DNA of 64,000 nucleotides from Chlorokybus atmophyticus (taxonomy: Eukaryota > Plantae > Mesostigma and Chlorokybus algae). A program made the translations under genes and the position numbers. The stretch spans positions 420,409 through 484,408 of the forward strand of contig RHPI01003124.1 of NCBI GenBank assembly GCA_009103225.1, read 5' to 3'. Shown here in pieces: positions 1 to 13,020 of this stretch; positions within the stretch are counted from its first letter, which is position 1; the number at the start of each line of letters is the position of its first letter. The notes beneath the pieces were generated by a model. That model was given only the letters and a program-made list of their open reading frames with translations, ran no database searches and had not been told where the DNA came from.

Positions 1-837
1 GGCAGCGCAATATCCTCAGAGACGTCCTCCGCTGCTGGGCGGACCAAACCAGGCTCACCATTAGAGCCAAACTCACTGTAAGTTGCATGTGTGTAATGTC
101 ATGCGCTTATGTGTATTCTACTTGCGTGCATTGTACATGTACACTGCTTACATATGTGCTTGTTAGGCTGCTGCTGGAGCATCGATGGAGGCTGCACGCA
201 CAGAAGTGGGTGCGCAACTACAGCAGGTGTGTAGCATGTGCGCGCCCATGTGTGTGCGCGCTAGTACAGGCATGCATTGCCTGATGAGTGCACGCTGTGC
301 GTGCGTGTTTGTAGACTGATTGTCATTTTGCAATGCATATATGACATTCTTGTGTTCATGCAGTTGGAGGAGAGGGTGCAGGCGTATGCAAGCGAGCTGG
401 CGCGCGAGAAGGCACGGCGAGCGGCGGTGCAAGAAGAGATGCGCGCGGCATTCTTGCGCGGTGTCTGCGCGCTCAACTTTGAAGCGCTGTCGCTTTCCCA
501 ACAACATGCAAGCGACAACAATGACACAGACCAATCAACATCGGTACCTTTGTCGGTTGAGACAACAACATTGATATCACCACACAAGCCGCATACACCA
601 CAACAACAGCAAAAACAGCAGCAGCAGCAACAACAGCGACAACCACCACCACATCAGCGACAGCCACGAGTGGTAGTGGCCACGCACAACGGGAGCATAT
701 CAGAGCGACTTCGTGCAGTGCACGAGGCATGTGTGGCAGCCACGAATGCGAGTGCAAATGCTGGCGTGAGCACAAGTCAAGAGTGGCCACGGGGCCTTGC
801 GCCAAGGCCGACAGTGGTGTTGCAGCAGCAGTCATAG
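1..837 (+). CDS. POC5: Centriolar protein POC5, 3' part (spliced; 5' end outside the window)
   Basis: The last exon encodes EEMRAAFLRGVCALNFEAL, matching the conserved POC5 C-terminal motif MKxAFMRGVCALNxEA. Upstream GT-AG exons give coiled-coil peptides. Stop TAG at 835-837. Confidence 0.8.
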
Positions 838-1074
838 TGCGTATGTCTGCTAAGTCAGCAAGCTGCAATGCAGACTAGTGTATACACACGATTGCTTCTA
901 CAAATGATGAACAGGATGCACTGGCTGTTCAATTATACACATCATAGCTACAGACTGACCCGAATGTGCATTGCTGAGGCCACATCACATGAATATGTGC
1001 ACACGAAGGTGTATCACTAACACAATTGCCACATGTTTATTGACGAGGGGTTACGTATGTTGCACTAACCACAC

Positions 1075-1995
1075 TCACAATGTGGGCTTTGGCGAAGCAA
1101 CACCAGCCGCAGGTGACGGAGAAGCCAGGCCTGTACTCACCTCCTTAGTTTCAACACCTGCTTTCATGCCATCCTTTGCTGCTGCACTGCCGTTTGCCAT
1201 CTTAGCATCATGCTCCCTTTTCAACGCGGGCACCACGCTCGGCGCCATGACAGTGGCGTGGTTGGCCCGCGGCGAGCGCGTGGGCAGTGTGTGGTGGGCG
1301 ATGTTGGGATCAGATGATTGCGCAGGGACACAACCGCCCCAGAAAAGAGAAGAGAAAGAGGCTGATGGAGCGGGAACGGTCCTTGATGACGATGAAGAAG
1401 GCAGGGAGTCTAACCGCTCGCGCAACTCGTCAATCTGAGCTTGTAGTTGGTCGCGAGACTCGCGGTGCGCCAATGCTGCCATGGCGCGCTGCTGCTTCTC
1501 CTGTTGTGTGGATAGCGAAGACACATAGATCAGTTACTAGTGCATGAAAGAAGCATAGGCTTCACGACAGCAGGGAGGCCTCAGGGAATCATCGGAGCTG
1601 TTGTGACAAGGCCAGCCTCAACAAGAGCCATGAACATAATACAAGACCAGGGATCAAAGTCAACCATTGCATGAGTGACTGTACGCACTCGTGCAAGTAA
1701 GTGCTTACGTGCGCATACGTGTGTGCGCTAGCGTACGTGCGCATGCGCATATGCATGTGAGAGCACGTGTGCATATGTGTGCGTGTGCGCATGCGAAAGA
1801 GTGCGTGCATATGTGTGCGCGTGCGTGTATACCTGGTCGAGCATGCGCTGGGTGTCAGGGGCGACCTTGGCGACTGAGGCGCGAACGGCGTCAACCTGCG
1901 ATTGCATCAGCAGCAGGTGCTCGCGCAGCCGCGACAGCTCCTCCCACAACGCATTGGACAGCGTCTCCAGCTGTTCAACGTACAACGAAGATAGA
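1075..1995 (-). CDS. Hypothetical coiled-coil protein with one transmembrane segment, 3' exons (5' end not located)
   Basis: Exon peptides LYVEQLETLSNALWEELSRLREHLL (coiled coil), WLTLIPGLVLCSWLLLRLAL (hydrophobic) and RESRDQLQAQIDELRERL, separated by RY-repeat introns. No family recognised. Confidence 0.55.
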
Positions 1996-2649
1996 AAGCA
2001 CACACAGTGTCAGAATTACACGTTGGTGCTTAGCGCATGCTTGTGACTGTGTACACGCTGCGGAGTGACTGCCAACAACATTGGCTGACCATTGTTCAGT
2101 GAGTCAGCAGTCAAACAAGCTTATTGCACACATAAGACTAGCAAGACAGCCATGAAAACCAGCAATAACAGTGCTGCATAGCACTGTTGCTGCTGATGAC
2201 GGGTGGTGCTTTATGGACTTATATGCAGCACAGCGTTTTGTTTGGCTTGGTTCACACATGTCAAGCAATAGCAGGTGGGTAGCCTTACGACAGCAACACA
2301 GGTGCAGAGATTACCTCCTCAGAGTACTTGCGTGACAACAAGCAACTTTACAGCTGCCATGCCAGCAGGGAAACGCATTGTGTGGCCTCATACGCTAATA
2401 GGTAGTGCCCGTGTATTTCTGTCCAATGGCTGACCCTCATATTTTGTATGAGACTGTAACAATGCACGTAGCGTAGTTTGTGTGTGTTACCCTGATGCTG
2501 ATCTACTGACACTTGCTAAAACGTCGTTCATGCTGCTCGTGACATACCGGTGTTGGCAGTGAGTTGACAGCCAGGCACTGCAATGCGTAGTGCTGTCTTC
2601 CTTTTGGAACTCACAAGAATCAAAGAAAAACAAAGGTTCACAACAAGTG

Positions 2650-3267
2650 AATGGTCAGCACTTGTCACTGTCCAGTTGCCAATCTTCTCAGTGCGCTCAA
2701 CACAGGACCATACTTGCTCAGTGCTGTAACCACAAGCACGCTACAAGAAGAAGACAACTTAGTACAGTCTCTCGCTTACCTGAGATTCAAAACGTCTTTC
2801 AGCAGCTGCCACCAGCGCTGCCGCCGACGCAGGCGCCACCGCCACCACACCAGATCCCGCCCCCTCCTCAGCCATTGCTGCTGCCGGGGCCCTCCTGGCC
2901 TGCCCCAAGCTACCACGTCTATCTCATTGCCACCCACAACAGCAGAGATGTAGCCCCTCTCTCCCCTGACCTCCCCCTTCCCCTCCTCCCCCTCCCCNCA
3001 CTGCATGCCCTCGGCAGGCGATATTCATGGGAGGAACATGCGCAAGCCTTCCAGGGTTTTGTTCATCGTTCTTCAAGATCTGGACGACTGTGCTCGGCGC
3101 TGCCGCAGGCGTACCGCTTTGCACAAAGTAGCAGCGGCCGCTGGTTGTGATGGCTGTCGCGGCTCCGGACCGGACTGGGCTCGGAGACAGCGGCTGCTAT
3201 AAGGTACAACCAGTCTGCAGGTCCAGAAGGTATGCCTGATTTGCGTTGTTGCCGTTCCCACCATCTA
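2650..3267 (-). pseudogene. Kelch-repeat gene fragment, partly identical to 9062-9330
   Basis: Kelch-like peptides DGGNGNNANQAYLLDL and RGYISAVVGGNEIDVV, an in-frame TAG, and low-complexity flanks. Confidence 0.45.
2999..3267 (+). repeat. 269-bp direct repeat, copy 1 (copy 2 at 9062-9330)
   Basis: CACTGCATGCCCTCGG...CCCACCATCTA reads identically at both places. Confidence 0.9.
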
Positions 3268-4212
3268 CCCTCCTCCTCCTCCTTTGCCTCGTCCTCCTCC
3301 TCCTCCTTCACCTCCACTTTCTCCTTCGCCGCCGCCTGTAACGGCCACAACTAAGTGGAAAGTAATTGCTTCATCTCTCCTTGGGCGTAGGCGTATCGCG
3401 TTTCCCTTTTTGCTATGCCGATTACGCTCCGTGACTCGTCAATGCATTGTACTGACACGTAGCACACTCCAGTTCAAGTTCTCATGCTTAACGCTGGCCC
3501 CGCCGCCGCCGCCGCTGAGGACGCCGCCGGCGACAGAGTGCAGCTGTGCACTCGTGGCGAGGAGCATGAGAGAGTGTTTGAGGATTGGACGCTGCGTGCG
3601 GTGAGGTTGTCGCATTGGAGGCTTGGAGTGTCAAAGCTTGACTGGCTGAGTGACGGACTGGCAGATTGGCAGACCCTGCTGATTGGTGGGAAAGCCCAAC
3701 GGGCTGAGGCAGCTGAGGTAACAACTGGTGCGTGGTTAATGTATCTGGTGTTTCATGCGTCGTGGATAGCGAAGTTCACAACCTTAACAACTTTTCGTTG
3801 GTGAGCTCACCCAGCATGGTGACATGCGTTCTGTTTGACAGTTGGTTGGTTAAGTGATTGCGAGAGGCGTGTGAAAGGTACAGCGCATCATGTTGCACGC
3901 GTATCACTAGCTCGTGTATTTGTTGAAGCAGTGACAACTGCATGACAGAATAAAATCAAACACACTCGCTGAAGGCTATGAGCAAAGAGCAGATCTAGCG
4001 TCTGTTGGAGGGATAGAATGGTTTAAGGGTTCACCGTTTCCAGTGCTGCTGTGTAATTCTGCGTTGCTTATTGTGTCGACAATACAGTGTTGCACATGTC
4101 TCAGAGCGTACAATCAGTGGTTTGTGCCTGCGTGCACAGCTTGGTGGTAAAAATATTGCTGATTGTTTGTTTGCTTTCTCTACATGACAGCGCTGCAGGT
4201 CAGCTATCAACA

Positions 4213-6205
4213 ATGACAAGTAGATACATGCCGCCGGCAATGCGCAGAGCTGCCATCAGCAATACATTATTTCAATGGGACGATGGCAGGACGCACCGAG
4301 CTGCAAACGAGCAGGATGAGAACGCCAACGACACAACACTCGTCGCCTCATCAGCTGAGTGTGTCATACAGGATATGCAACAACCGACAGCAACAGCTGC
4401 AGCTGCGGCTATGCTGCCTGCGCTGCCCGCAAGCATCATTCAGCAAAGCTCCAGCCAGCAAAGCACCCAATGGGCGCAGTTTCCACGCGTCGCAGCATTG
4501 CTTCAGCGTCTAAGTCGGGTACGTTGCGCTTGCACTTACATGTGATTTTGTACACGCTGGGATATGTGCAGGGTCCTTTCTATAGAATGTACACTGATGA
4601 TTGTGTTGTGTGTGTGGCTCTGTTGGTTTGAATGTGACTACATAATGATGCAGCTTGACATGAAGATGCACACTTGTGTGTTAGCGTGCAGAACTGAACC
4701 AGCAGCAAACAGATCACACAAGTACAGCATACACGTCATTTGTGGGTATCAACATGTTGCTGATAGCCTGCTATGCCAGGATTCGAGGTTGAAGAACCAC
4801 ACGCCATTGGCGCTGCTCAACGAGTACGCTGCCAAGGAGCACATCGAGTTGTCTTACGACATAGCTGCAGACACCTCTTGCGGCTATCGTGTCACGTCCC
4901 GCATGAGGCTACCGCAAGCTCCTATGAAGGTTATTGAAGGCGTGGGCAGAGGGCGATCAAAGGCCGCAGCAAAGCAAGAATGCGCTGTATGTACACTCCA
5001 AACAGTGCTTGAAATACTACCCGATGGAGAGTTCCTCAAGTGGCATCTCAAGGACATACCAGACTTTGGTGTAGATGATGGTACGGTCAACAGCATGGAC
5101 AATGTGCTGAGCGCTCTGCGCGAGAGCGCACAACAAGCGGATGAGCGCAATAGTCAAGAGCCTCCTTGGCATCAGAGCATACCCCTTCGTGACAGCGAAG
5201 CCGTCGATGCTGACCCAAAAACTTGGTCCGACTTCCCGTATGTGGCCGCGCTGATGCAAAGACTACAAGTGGTAAGTGGGATATTATCTGGTCATGTCTG
5301 GAATCCTTGTCAAAAACATACAGACATAAGACTATTAAGTACAGTGTGTTGTCACTGAGCTGTTTGCTGAGTCAGTATATTTGTTGTAGAACCCTCGGTT
5401 GAAGGACAAGACTCCATTGGCACTGCTACACGAGTACGTCGCCAAGAACCACCAGGACGTGGATTACTCTACAGTGGACGACAGCGCCATTGGTCCTTAC
5501 ACGGTCACCGCCACGATCGGTTCTCATGGTGTCGCCACAATCGCTATCACGGGCTCTGGCCGCGGCCGCAACAAAGTCAAGGCCAAGCAAGCTGCCGCGG
5601 CCGCCGCGCTCGAACAGCTCCTTCAGCGAGTGCCGTCCTCGGCAGAGGAGCTCTCCAAACCTTCATCAAGCAAGACGCAAAAGTTCCTCGATCGCATGGC
5701 CAATGCCCATACGGGTCTCGGGTTTGGGCGCGATGGAGCGTACAGAAGCCATCGCAGCGATCTAGCCAGCTGGCGAGGGCGTTCTCAATCCACACCTCAG
5801 TTTGTTTCTCCTCGCTTTGAGCCCAGATTCCTATACAAGGCGGATATTGATCGAGCGGGCACTGTGGCATCAAAGACACAGCAGGATTACAGCTGCACTT
5901 ACAACCAGTACTATGCCACCGGCGCCGGTCTTGGCTTTAGTGATGCAGCCGCTGACACGTCATACCATCAACCCGCACAGCAACAGCAGCCCGCACAGCA
6001 GCAGTATTACTACAGCGATCCTGCCGCTGCTGCATACAGCCAGCAGTATGCGACGGTAGCGCAGGACATGGCTGCGTGGCCGGCCCTCGGAAACACTCCA
6101 CCTTCATATGCTGTAAGTGGGCAACATTACGCTACTGCGCCTGTGCAAGCTCAGCAGCAGCAGGCTTCCAGCTACCAGTACACCTATCAGTATCAGTACC
6201 AGTAG
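4213..6205 (+). CDS. Double-stranded RNA-binding protein (DRB-like) with two dsRBDs and a Q/Y-rich tail
   Basis: Two dsRBDs: TPLALLNEY...GRGRSKAAAKQECA and TPLALLHEY...GRGRNKVKAKQAAAAAALEQL. GT-AG introns at about 4516-4779 and 5272-5389; stop at 6203-6205. The start codon is uncertain. Confidence 0.85.
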
Positions 6206-8301
6206 TGCCTTTGCGATGACCCACCCATCTGGCGTCGTCCAGTCAGACCTAGTCAATACTGGAGTTTGTGGCGGCTTTAACAGGTGCGTCTCCTCGCGTG
6301 TTTGCAATTGTTGTGGTGTCTCATGCGTCATGCGATTAGTTTTTTGCGGTAATGTTGCTGTGCTTGTCAAGGTCGAGTTCAAGAAGTGCGTATGCTCATG
6401 ATAGTCCTTGCCAACTCGACTACCCAAGTCAGGCCAGGTGGGTGTTCAGCCGGTTCAGTGCCGATGCGGTCACCAAGCAACAAACAAAGACTCTCGACTT
6501 GCTTTTGGGTTAATTGGTTGGTGTCATGCATACTCTTTGAACCTCATGTCGCTGTATGATGGAGTAATGTGCGCATAACCCAACCATTGTATTTATTAAC
6601 TACTAACTTGTGGCTATGTCAGGCAACCTGTGTGGAAGCGGGTGATTATGGTTTGTCAATGCGCCTTGCAAACATCAAGTCTCTATGAAGGTTATACCGC
6701 TGCTCGTCTACTGACCTGCGTTGGTATCATCCGCGCAAGGGTGAATTGCTATGACAAGCAGGCACTGAACAGTCAAATGTTGCACTGTGCATTATGCTAT
6801 TGTACACGGCAATGTAGCACACAAGTTGTGAGTGCACATATGGAGAATCATGTGACTTACGCTAGTGGCAAAGCAACATGATGTGTAGTTCACATCATGC
6901 ACGTGCATTGTGAGTGTGAGTGTGAGTGCACATGCTTATAAGTCAGTATACATATGCACGCGTGAAGTGCAGCTGCATATGCATATTGATGTGATATGCA
7001 TGTCACAGCATGTATGAGCAATGATGATACATGGCATGATGTCACATCATGTCAGGTGATGTGTCATACATCAGTAGCACGGTGCTATGGCTGTTCAAGC
7101 ACTGTACAATGCTAATCAATATGAACGGAAAGTGATGCGGCACATGGTCACGTCAAGGCATTGTGCAGTGCTGGGCGTCAAGGCTATTGTGAGCACACGT
7201 TCCCAAAGGCATGTGCCCCCTCAAGGATAACGTGTGGCCAAGTGGGAAGGCATTGGGAAGAGGATTGGACCGCTAGGTTAGCAAGACCGCTTGTGAGCGT
7301 GTTCAAGGAACGTTGACATGCTCAAGGAAGACACAACAGTTGTTGTGCACATTGGGGATGATGGCGGCACTGTGGTGCACGCCTCGGCTGAGCTCCAATA
7401 AGGTCTTTCCACCTACTTAGTATGGGGTACTTGGTGTTCCTGTTGAAGGGGCCTTCCCCGGCTCTGTTGGGTGGGTACATGTGAGAGAGGTGCGGGAGCT
7501 AAGTGGGGGCTATCATGTCAGGAGGACACCGTAGTGGGGACTCTAAGCTGCACCATGAAGTGCTCACCGCTCCGGAGTGCAAGGGAGCATGTTTCTTGAC
7601 CTCCCTCTGCCTGTGTCTGTCTCCCTCTCCACTAAGGGAGCAGTGTGCATGCGTATGTGCATGAGTGCATAGCAGACATGTGTGTCTACCATGTGTGCGG
7701 ACTTGTGCACATAGTTCATGTGTTGTGCACCTATGATTGGTTCATGTACATATGTGCATGATGCATTAGCCATATGCTTATGCACGCACTGGATAGTCGA
7801 TTGAACTGAGCCTTAGCAGGCACAGTCTTTCAACAACGCTAATGGGCAATTGCTATTGCCCATTAGCGTTGAATGTCCCGTAGCAACAGCATTACCGACC
7901 AGCGTGTATAGCATACACTACACGTTACACAGTTGGTTGTTATGACCTACCACACAGTCGTGGCCATTTGCAGTGTATTTACTTCTCAAGGCCAGGCTTC
8001 GACAACCTACCAATGTGATCCTGCATGACGTGGTTGCAATAGTTATGAGCGGGAATCGCACATTTCAGCGCTATATCAACTTGTTAACCAAGCACACTCT
8101 TATTTACTTAATTTGGCTGCATACGTATTATCTATACTATACCAAGTCGTTGCTATTGACTAACAGCTGCTTGGCTCGGAGTACACCACTTCACCCAACT
8201 CTTGCAATGTTGCACATGAAAGCCTTGCTGCTGTTTAACACACTTAGCCTGTGCAACAGCTGACTGTCCACCTCAAGGCCGGATGCAGTTGTACAAACCC
8301 T

Positions 8302-9420
8302 TTATTTCTCAGGTATAACCTCAGAGTAGGAGCACTCAATGCCGACATCACGCTCGCTCCCATGGGACTTGTCAGGAGGTGGTTTAACCGACCAGGAATG
8401 CCTCCTCATCGTCGGTGACATGCTTTTTTTCCGGTCAACCCGCGTAGAGCATATATGACGGACTGGTTGAGCACGCTCAGAGCGAAGCTGGACCGCGCGG
8501 TGTTGAGAGGCTTCTGGGTTGTCAAAAAGACAACAACCAAGCTGGGAGTCGCAGTACGGGTGGAACAACTCAACGACGTTGCTGATGGCCCCGGTAGAGG
8601 TGAGTGTTCCGCCAGCAACCCACACCTGAGGGCCAGCACGCGTAACCACAGTGACCACCGCGGCTTTGCGCCTGGGGAACCGCATGCCGGTATATCTGTA
8701 CTCCTTGGCTGGCGGCTGCTTGCTGCCCCTGGCCGGCATCGCATCCATGGAGATGTCCCGGCTTGGTGCGGTCCGGTGGGAAGAATCACACGTCGTTGTT
8801 ACCTATTTGGGCGTACATGCTGTCAAAGTTCACGATGACCGTGTCCGACGTCCGCGGCAGAACCTGCCAGCCGGCCGCGCGGTTGTTGAAGTCCAAGCAT
8901 TCCACCCTCCTGCTCAAGCGGTAGGGACCCAACGCGCAAATCCGCGAACCCACTGTGTACGTGTAAGAAGTCGCAAGGTGACCATCGTTATATATCAACA
9001 TGGTATGTATGTATGTGATATGATAGGTACACGAGTATGCTATGGTCACTGGGGGCACTTACACTGCATGCCCTCGGCAGGCGATATTCATGGGAGGAAC
9101 ATGCGCAAGCCTTCCAGGGTTTTGTTCATCGTTCTTCAAGATCTGGACGACTGTGCTCGGCGCTGCCGCAGGCGTACCGCTTTGCACAAAGTAGCAGCGG
9201 CCGCTGGTTGTGATGGCTGTCGCGGCTCCGGACCGGACTGGGCTCGGAGACAGCGGCTGCTATAAGGTACAACCAGTCTGCAGGTCCAGAAGGTATGCCT
9301 GATTTGCGTTGTTGCCGTTCCCACCATCTATCAGCAGGTTGGAGCCACACTGGGCGGCGCTGAACGCAACCGGTGCTACTGGCAGGGTGTTGAGTAGGGG
9401 TGACCATGTTGCCTATGGCA
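8302..9420 (-). pseudogene. Kelch-repeat (beta-propeller) region, degenerate
   Basis: Kelch blades ATWSPLLNTLPVAPVAFSAAQCGSNLLIDGG, VECLDFNNRAAGWQVLP and MRFPRRKAAVVTV...WVAGG...NVVELFHP. There is an in-frame TAG where Trp is expected (TL*QPLSP). Confidence 0.6.
9062..9330 (+). repeat. 269-bp direct repeat, copy 2
   Basis: Identical to 2999-3267. Confidence 0.9.
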
Positions 9421-10439
9421 GAGAAGTGAAGTCAGAGTGTGTACACAGTCAAGGTTGTCAACTGTAAGACGACTTCCAAACAACCGCAAGTACGCAGCAG
9501 CACCATCCCAGTAGTTAGATCATGATGTGGGTTGCTTTGCTGTTTCTTACCGGCGTGGTTGGCTGGGTGATGGCAGGGAATTGAGTGTTAGGGCTGAGAA
9601 CGGGCAGTGTTGCCGTCACACCCACCACACTCAGGCCTGCCAGTGAAGTCAGCTGGCTGCATCAGTACCAGCTGGAAGGGCCACCCACCACAGCGAAGTG
9701 GAAATGCAAACAGCAAAGCACAGCGCTGCAGAATTTACATTGAACATACAGTTGACCTGCGAGTTGTGCACAAAGGCCACTTTGATTTTGTCACCTGTAG
9801 CATTGATTGCTGTAGCGTGAGCTGGGAGGGCTGATCGTCAATGGTTGCATTGGCCTCGATGATGATTTGCTGCACCACGGGGCCATCTGCAGCAACCACA
9901 TCAAGTCAGTTTCGCAAAGGCACTCTGTGGCAAGTGGCAAAACTCCAGGCAATCAATGCCTGCAGGTTAGGCACGATGAAAATGTACTTCGCTATGAGTG
10001 GTGCAGCGGAGTATCGGACGGCATAGAGCACTGTTGCTCGACAGCTGTGAAGGACATGCTATCAGCACAGGAGTCAGAAACACTATGATGGTGCTGTTGA
10101 CTCCTGTGCTGCAAAGGTGCTTGTGCACAGCAAGGAGGAAGGAATGACCACATAAGGTGTTGCAGATACCGCATAGCAGTGCTTACATGGCATCAGCTAC
10201 TCTAGGACTCCTCGGAGGATCAGGATGTTCAACGCTCTGGTCAGCTGCTCGTTCATAACTTGTGTGGGAGCAGATAGTGGTCCGTGAGAGTGATGTTGAG
10301 GTAACCATACAACGCCATGTAGCCATCATGTATCGGAGGACAGCTTGGCTTGGCGTTGCCACATGTCTGCACTTACAACAAACCTCGTTTAGCTGGTGAC
10401 TGCAAATCTGCGCGTGCATGCATTGCCATTGCACGCTCA

Positions 10440-12470
10440 GTAGTGGCCCATCACCGTTTGCAAAAACTGGCGTGGCGTTGTGCTGTCCAAAAGCAGGCGT
10501 CTGCGCCCATTCCGGCATTGCAGCTCTTCTGCAAATGTTTTGCACTCCTTTGCATCTGATGCATCAAACACTCCGGCTACAACAAAGTCAACAATGGCGG
10601 ACTTCACGCAGCATGTAAGCAACTGTGTTTGGCCAGGGGCTGGCGCTGCCCTTGGGGCCGAAGCATGGGCAGAGTTGAATCACAGAACAACCTGTAGAAT
10701 CCACAGTCTGTGCACAGAGCGTGTGTGAGCGTCTCAACCAGCGCTTGTATGCGCACAGTCATCAGGGGCAGATAGTACTACTGTACTATTGTAGTACACT
10801 TAATGCTTTCAGGCCATCCTCGTATACCGCATGGCTAGCACTGCTTACATCACATGCTACAGTACCTCATCTGCGGGCGTTTGCGGGCATTGGTCTTTGG
10901 GGTTGGGAATGCCATCAGAGTCGTTGTTATTGGCTGCACGTGTCATGTCATACGGATCAGCATGCAACATGGACAGAATGCGCATCCATATCCAGCTTCT
11001 TATGCAGTGGCTGTGCTGTTGCTGTGTTGCAGAAAGGTATTACCGCTACGGAAAGCCTCAATCGAGTCAGTCAAACCATACCCGGTCTCGAAGTCGAGAC
11101 CTGGAGGGCCCATATCGATGCCAGCGGTTCGCAGGGCTCCATACATATCAGCAGCCTGCAGAGGCTCTGATGATGACATTGCAGCTGTGCATGTTATTTG
11201 CTGGAGATGACACGCACACACGTCTGCATGCAGGCGTTCCACCAACATGCGCAGCAACGCACCGTCAGATTGGGCGACACCGACAACATCAAAGCTGCTG
11301 CTGCTCCCAAGTGCGGGGCAGCGGCACTTGTGCCAATAAAGCTGGGAAGAATGCATGGTTCCAGAATGTCAGCTGTCACGCCAATAGAAAAGAAGGATAC
11401 GTCTGCACCGCTCGGCTACTAGTACTGCTCATTTGGCGTCTCATACCCTGTGTAACAAGGCTGTGCAGTAGATACATTGGCTTACCACTAGCAGGTACTT
11501 CATTCTCTTGGGCCGGATGGGCCGGATTCCCGTTGAGGACAATCTCCAAATACACCAAGCATGGCACCTCCTCATCAGGAGAGCAGGAGTTTGTAAGCAC
11601 TTCGAAGGCATCTCCCGACTTGAGGTTGTCCTCCTCGCTGCCTGCAAGCGCAACCTGCGCAAAATGGTGTCAATACCGAGCACTAATGTTACTTCACAAG
11701 AACCGTCGCCGCTGTCCTCGTGGACATCCTTGTGGTTGTTCCCCTGCCTGCTCTACCGCGGACCGCCAGTAGAGCAGGCAGGAGCATGCGCACTGCATCA
11801 TGTGCTAGTCTCGTCGCGCTAATGGACGAAACCAATGCATTTCCCGGCCGATGAGCGACTGCCTCAGCAGTATTACTTCAAGCTACCTACCGGTACTTGC
11901 CTAACAGCTGCTAGCAGCTGGGCGCGGCCAGGCAGCCGCTAAGTGCCAAACAGTTTGATAAGGCGGCCCGCAAACTGCCGAAAGAATGACCAGCTTCTCC
12001 CCTAGTAGCGACCTTATGCTAGCAGCGACCTTGTGTATTTAGCATTGGCATGCAGTAAAATTGTAACCAGTTGTGCATCCCGCGCTCTGCTGTGGGCGGC
12101 AAGCTACGCAATAAGGCGCCAGCGCGCTATATTTGGACATATGCACATGGCTACCTTGCAGAACACCCTATGTTTACTAATGCTTGCTAATGGCGCCATC
12201 ACGCACCTGAAGGGACGTATCCCGTATCCCGAAACGTCAACTCAACCGGTCGGCTTCTACCGCAACACGGCCATGACGAAGCATGAGAGGGTTGAGCTGC
12301 GCAGATTACGCAATTATCTAAGTACATAATAACAATCTGCCCTGTGCATTCCCCCTGGCACATGAACAAGTCACCATCGCACGTGAAAACACGGAACATC
12401 TTGAGTTGAAGAAACTCCAGACCAGATGCTTGTCCCGTTTTTGATAAGGAAAGGCAAGACACAAGCACTC
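10440..12470 (-). pseudogene. Subtilase (peptidase S8) with a thrombospondin type-3-like repeat, degenerate
   Basis: Catalytic-Ser motif FIGTSAAAPHLGAAAALML (~11290-11345), S8 C-terminal motif YGALRTAGIDMGPPGLDFETGYG (~11080-11150), TSP3-like DSDGIPNPKDQCPQTP (~10870-10920) and GRRRLLL (~10480). Upstream parts contain stops and frameshifts; the 5' boundary is approximate. Confidence 0.65.
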
Positions 12471-13020
12471 TGGCTCACTGGTGCCAAAGAGGTTTTTGCA
12501 ACTTCAATACCACCTTCCAAGCAGCCGGCGGCCGCGGTGAGGGCGCGAATAAGGTGGGCGGCATCAGGGGTGGGCGTGTTCGTGCGGGAGAGAGCCTAGT
12601 TAGGCTACTTAACGAAGATTTAAGGACAGTGTTGGTTGTTCTGGTGGGTGGGCGGTATGGTGGGTTGCAATTGGCTGGCATTGCTGGCATGATAGATGCA
12701 GCCGCTTGACTATCACATGTACAGGAAGCAGTGCGCATGGTGGCGGTGACCGTGGCAGTAAGTGTTTTATTTGGCTGCGGCGGTGAGATTAGCTATGACG
12801 ACGAGGACATGGATGCTGTGATGTGTCATGCGTGAAGGTGAGCTTTCGTCAACAGCACCCACTTGCTGTGACCGTACGGCCTGGTTCAAGCGCATGGTTG
12901 TGAGCACTGTTAGCATGCCCGCTTAGCAGATTTGGTACATCGAACTATGATATGCGAGGGTTCTGGTCTGCTATCGTTGCGCTTGCAACTCAGTTGGCTG
13001 CGTTGTCGTGTCGCACTGTC

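Noticed and set aside
1075-1995. Mid-SUN domain protein C-terminus
   Set aside because: The coiled coil plus TM layout is compatible, but no SUN domain sequence was found upstream.
2999-9330. 269-bp direct repeats as LTRs of a 6.3-kb retrotransposon that captured the DRB gene
   Set aside because: There are no TG..CA ends, TSD, PBS or PPT, and the repeat is kelch coding sequence.
10831-11772. 313-aa plus-strand ORF
   Set aside because: No recognisable motif; it is the shadow of the minus-strand subtilase remnant.
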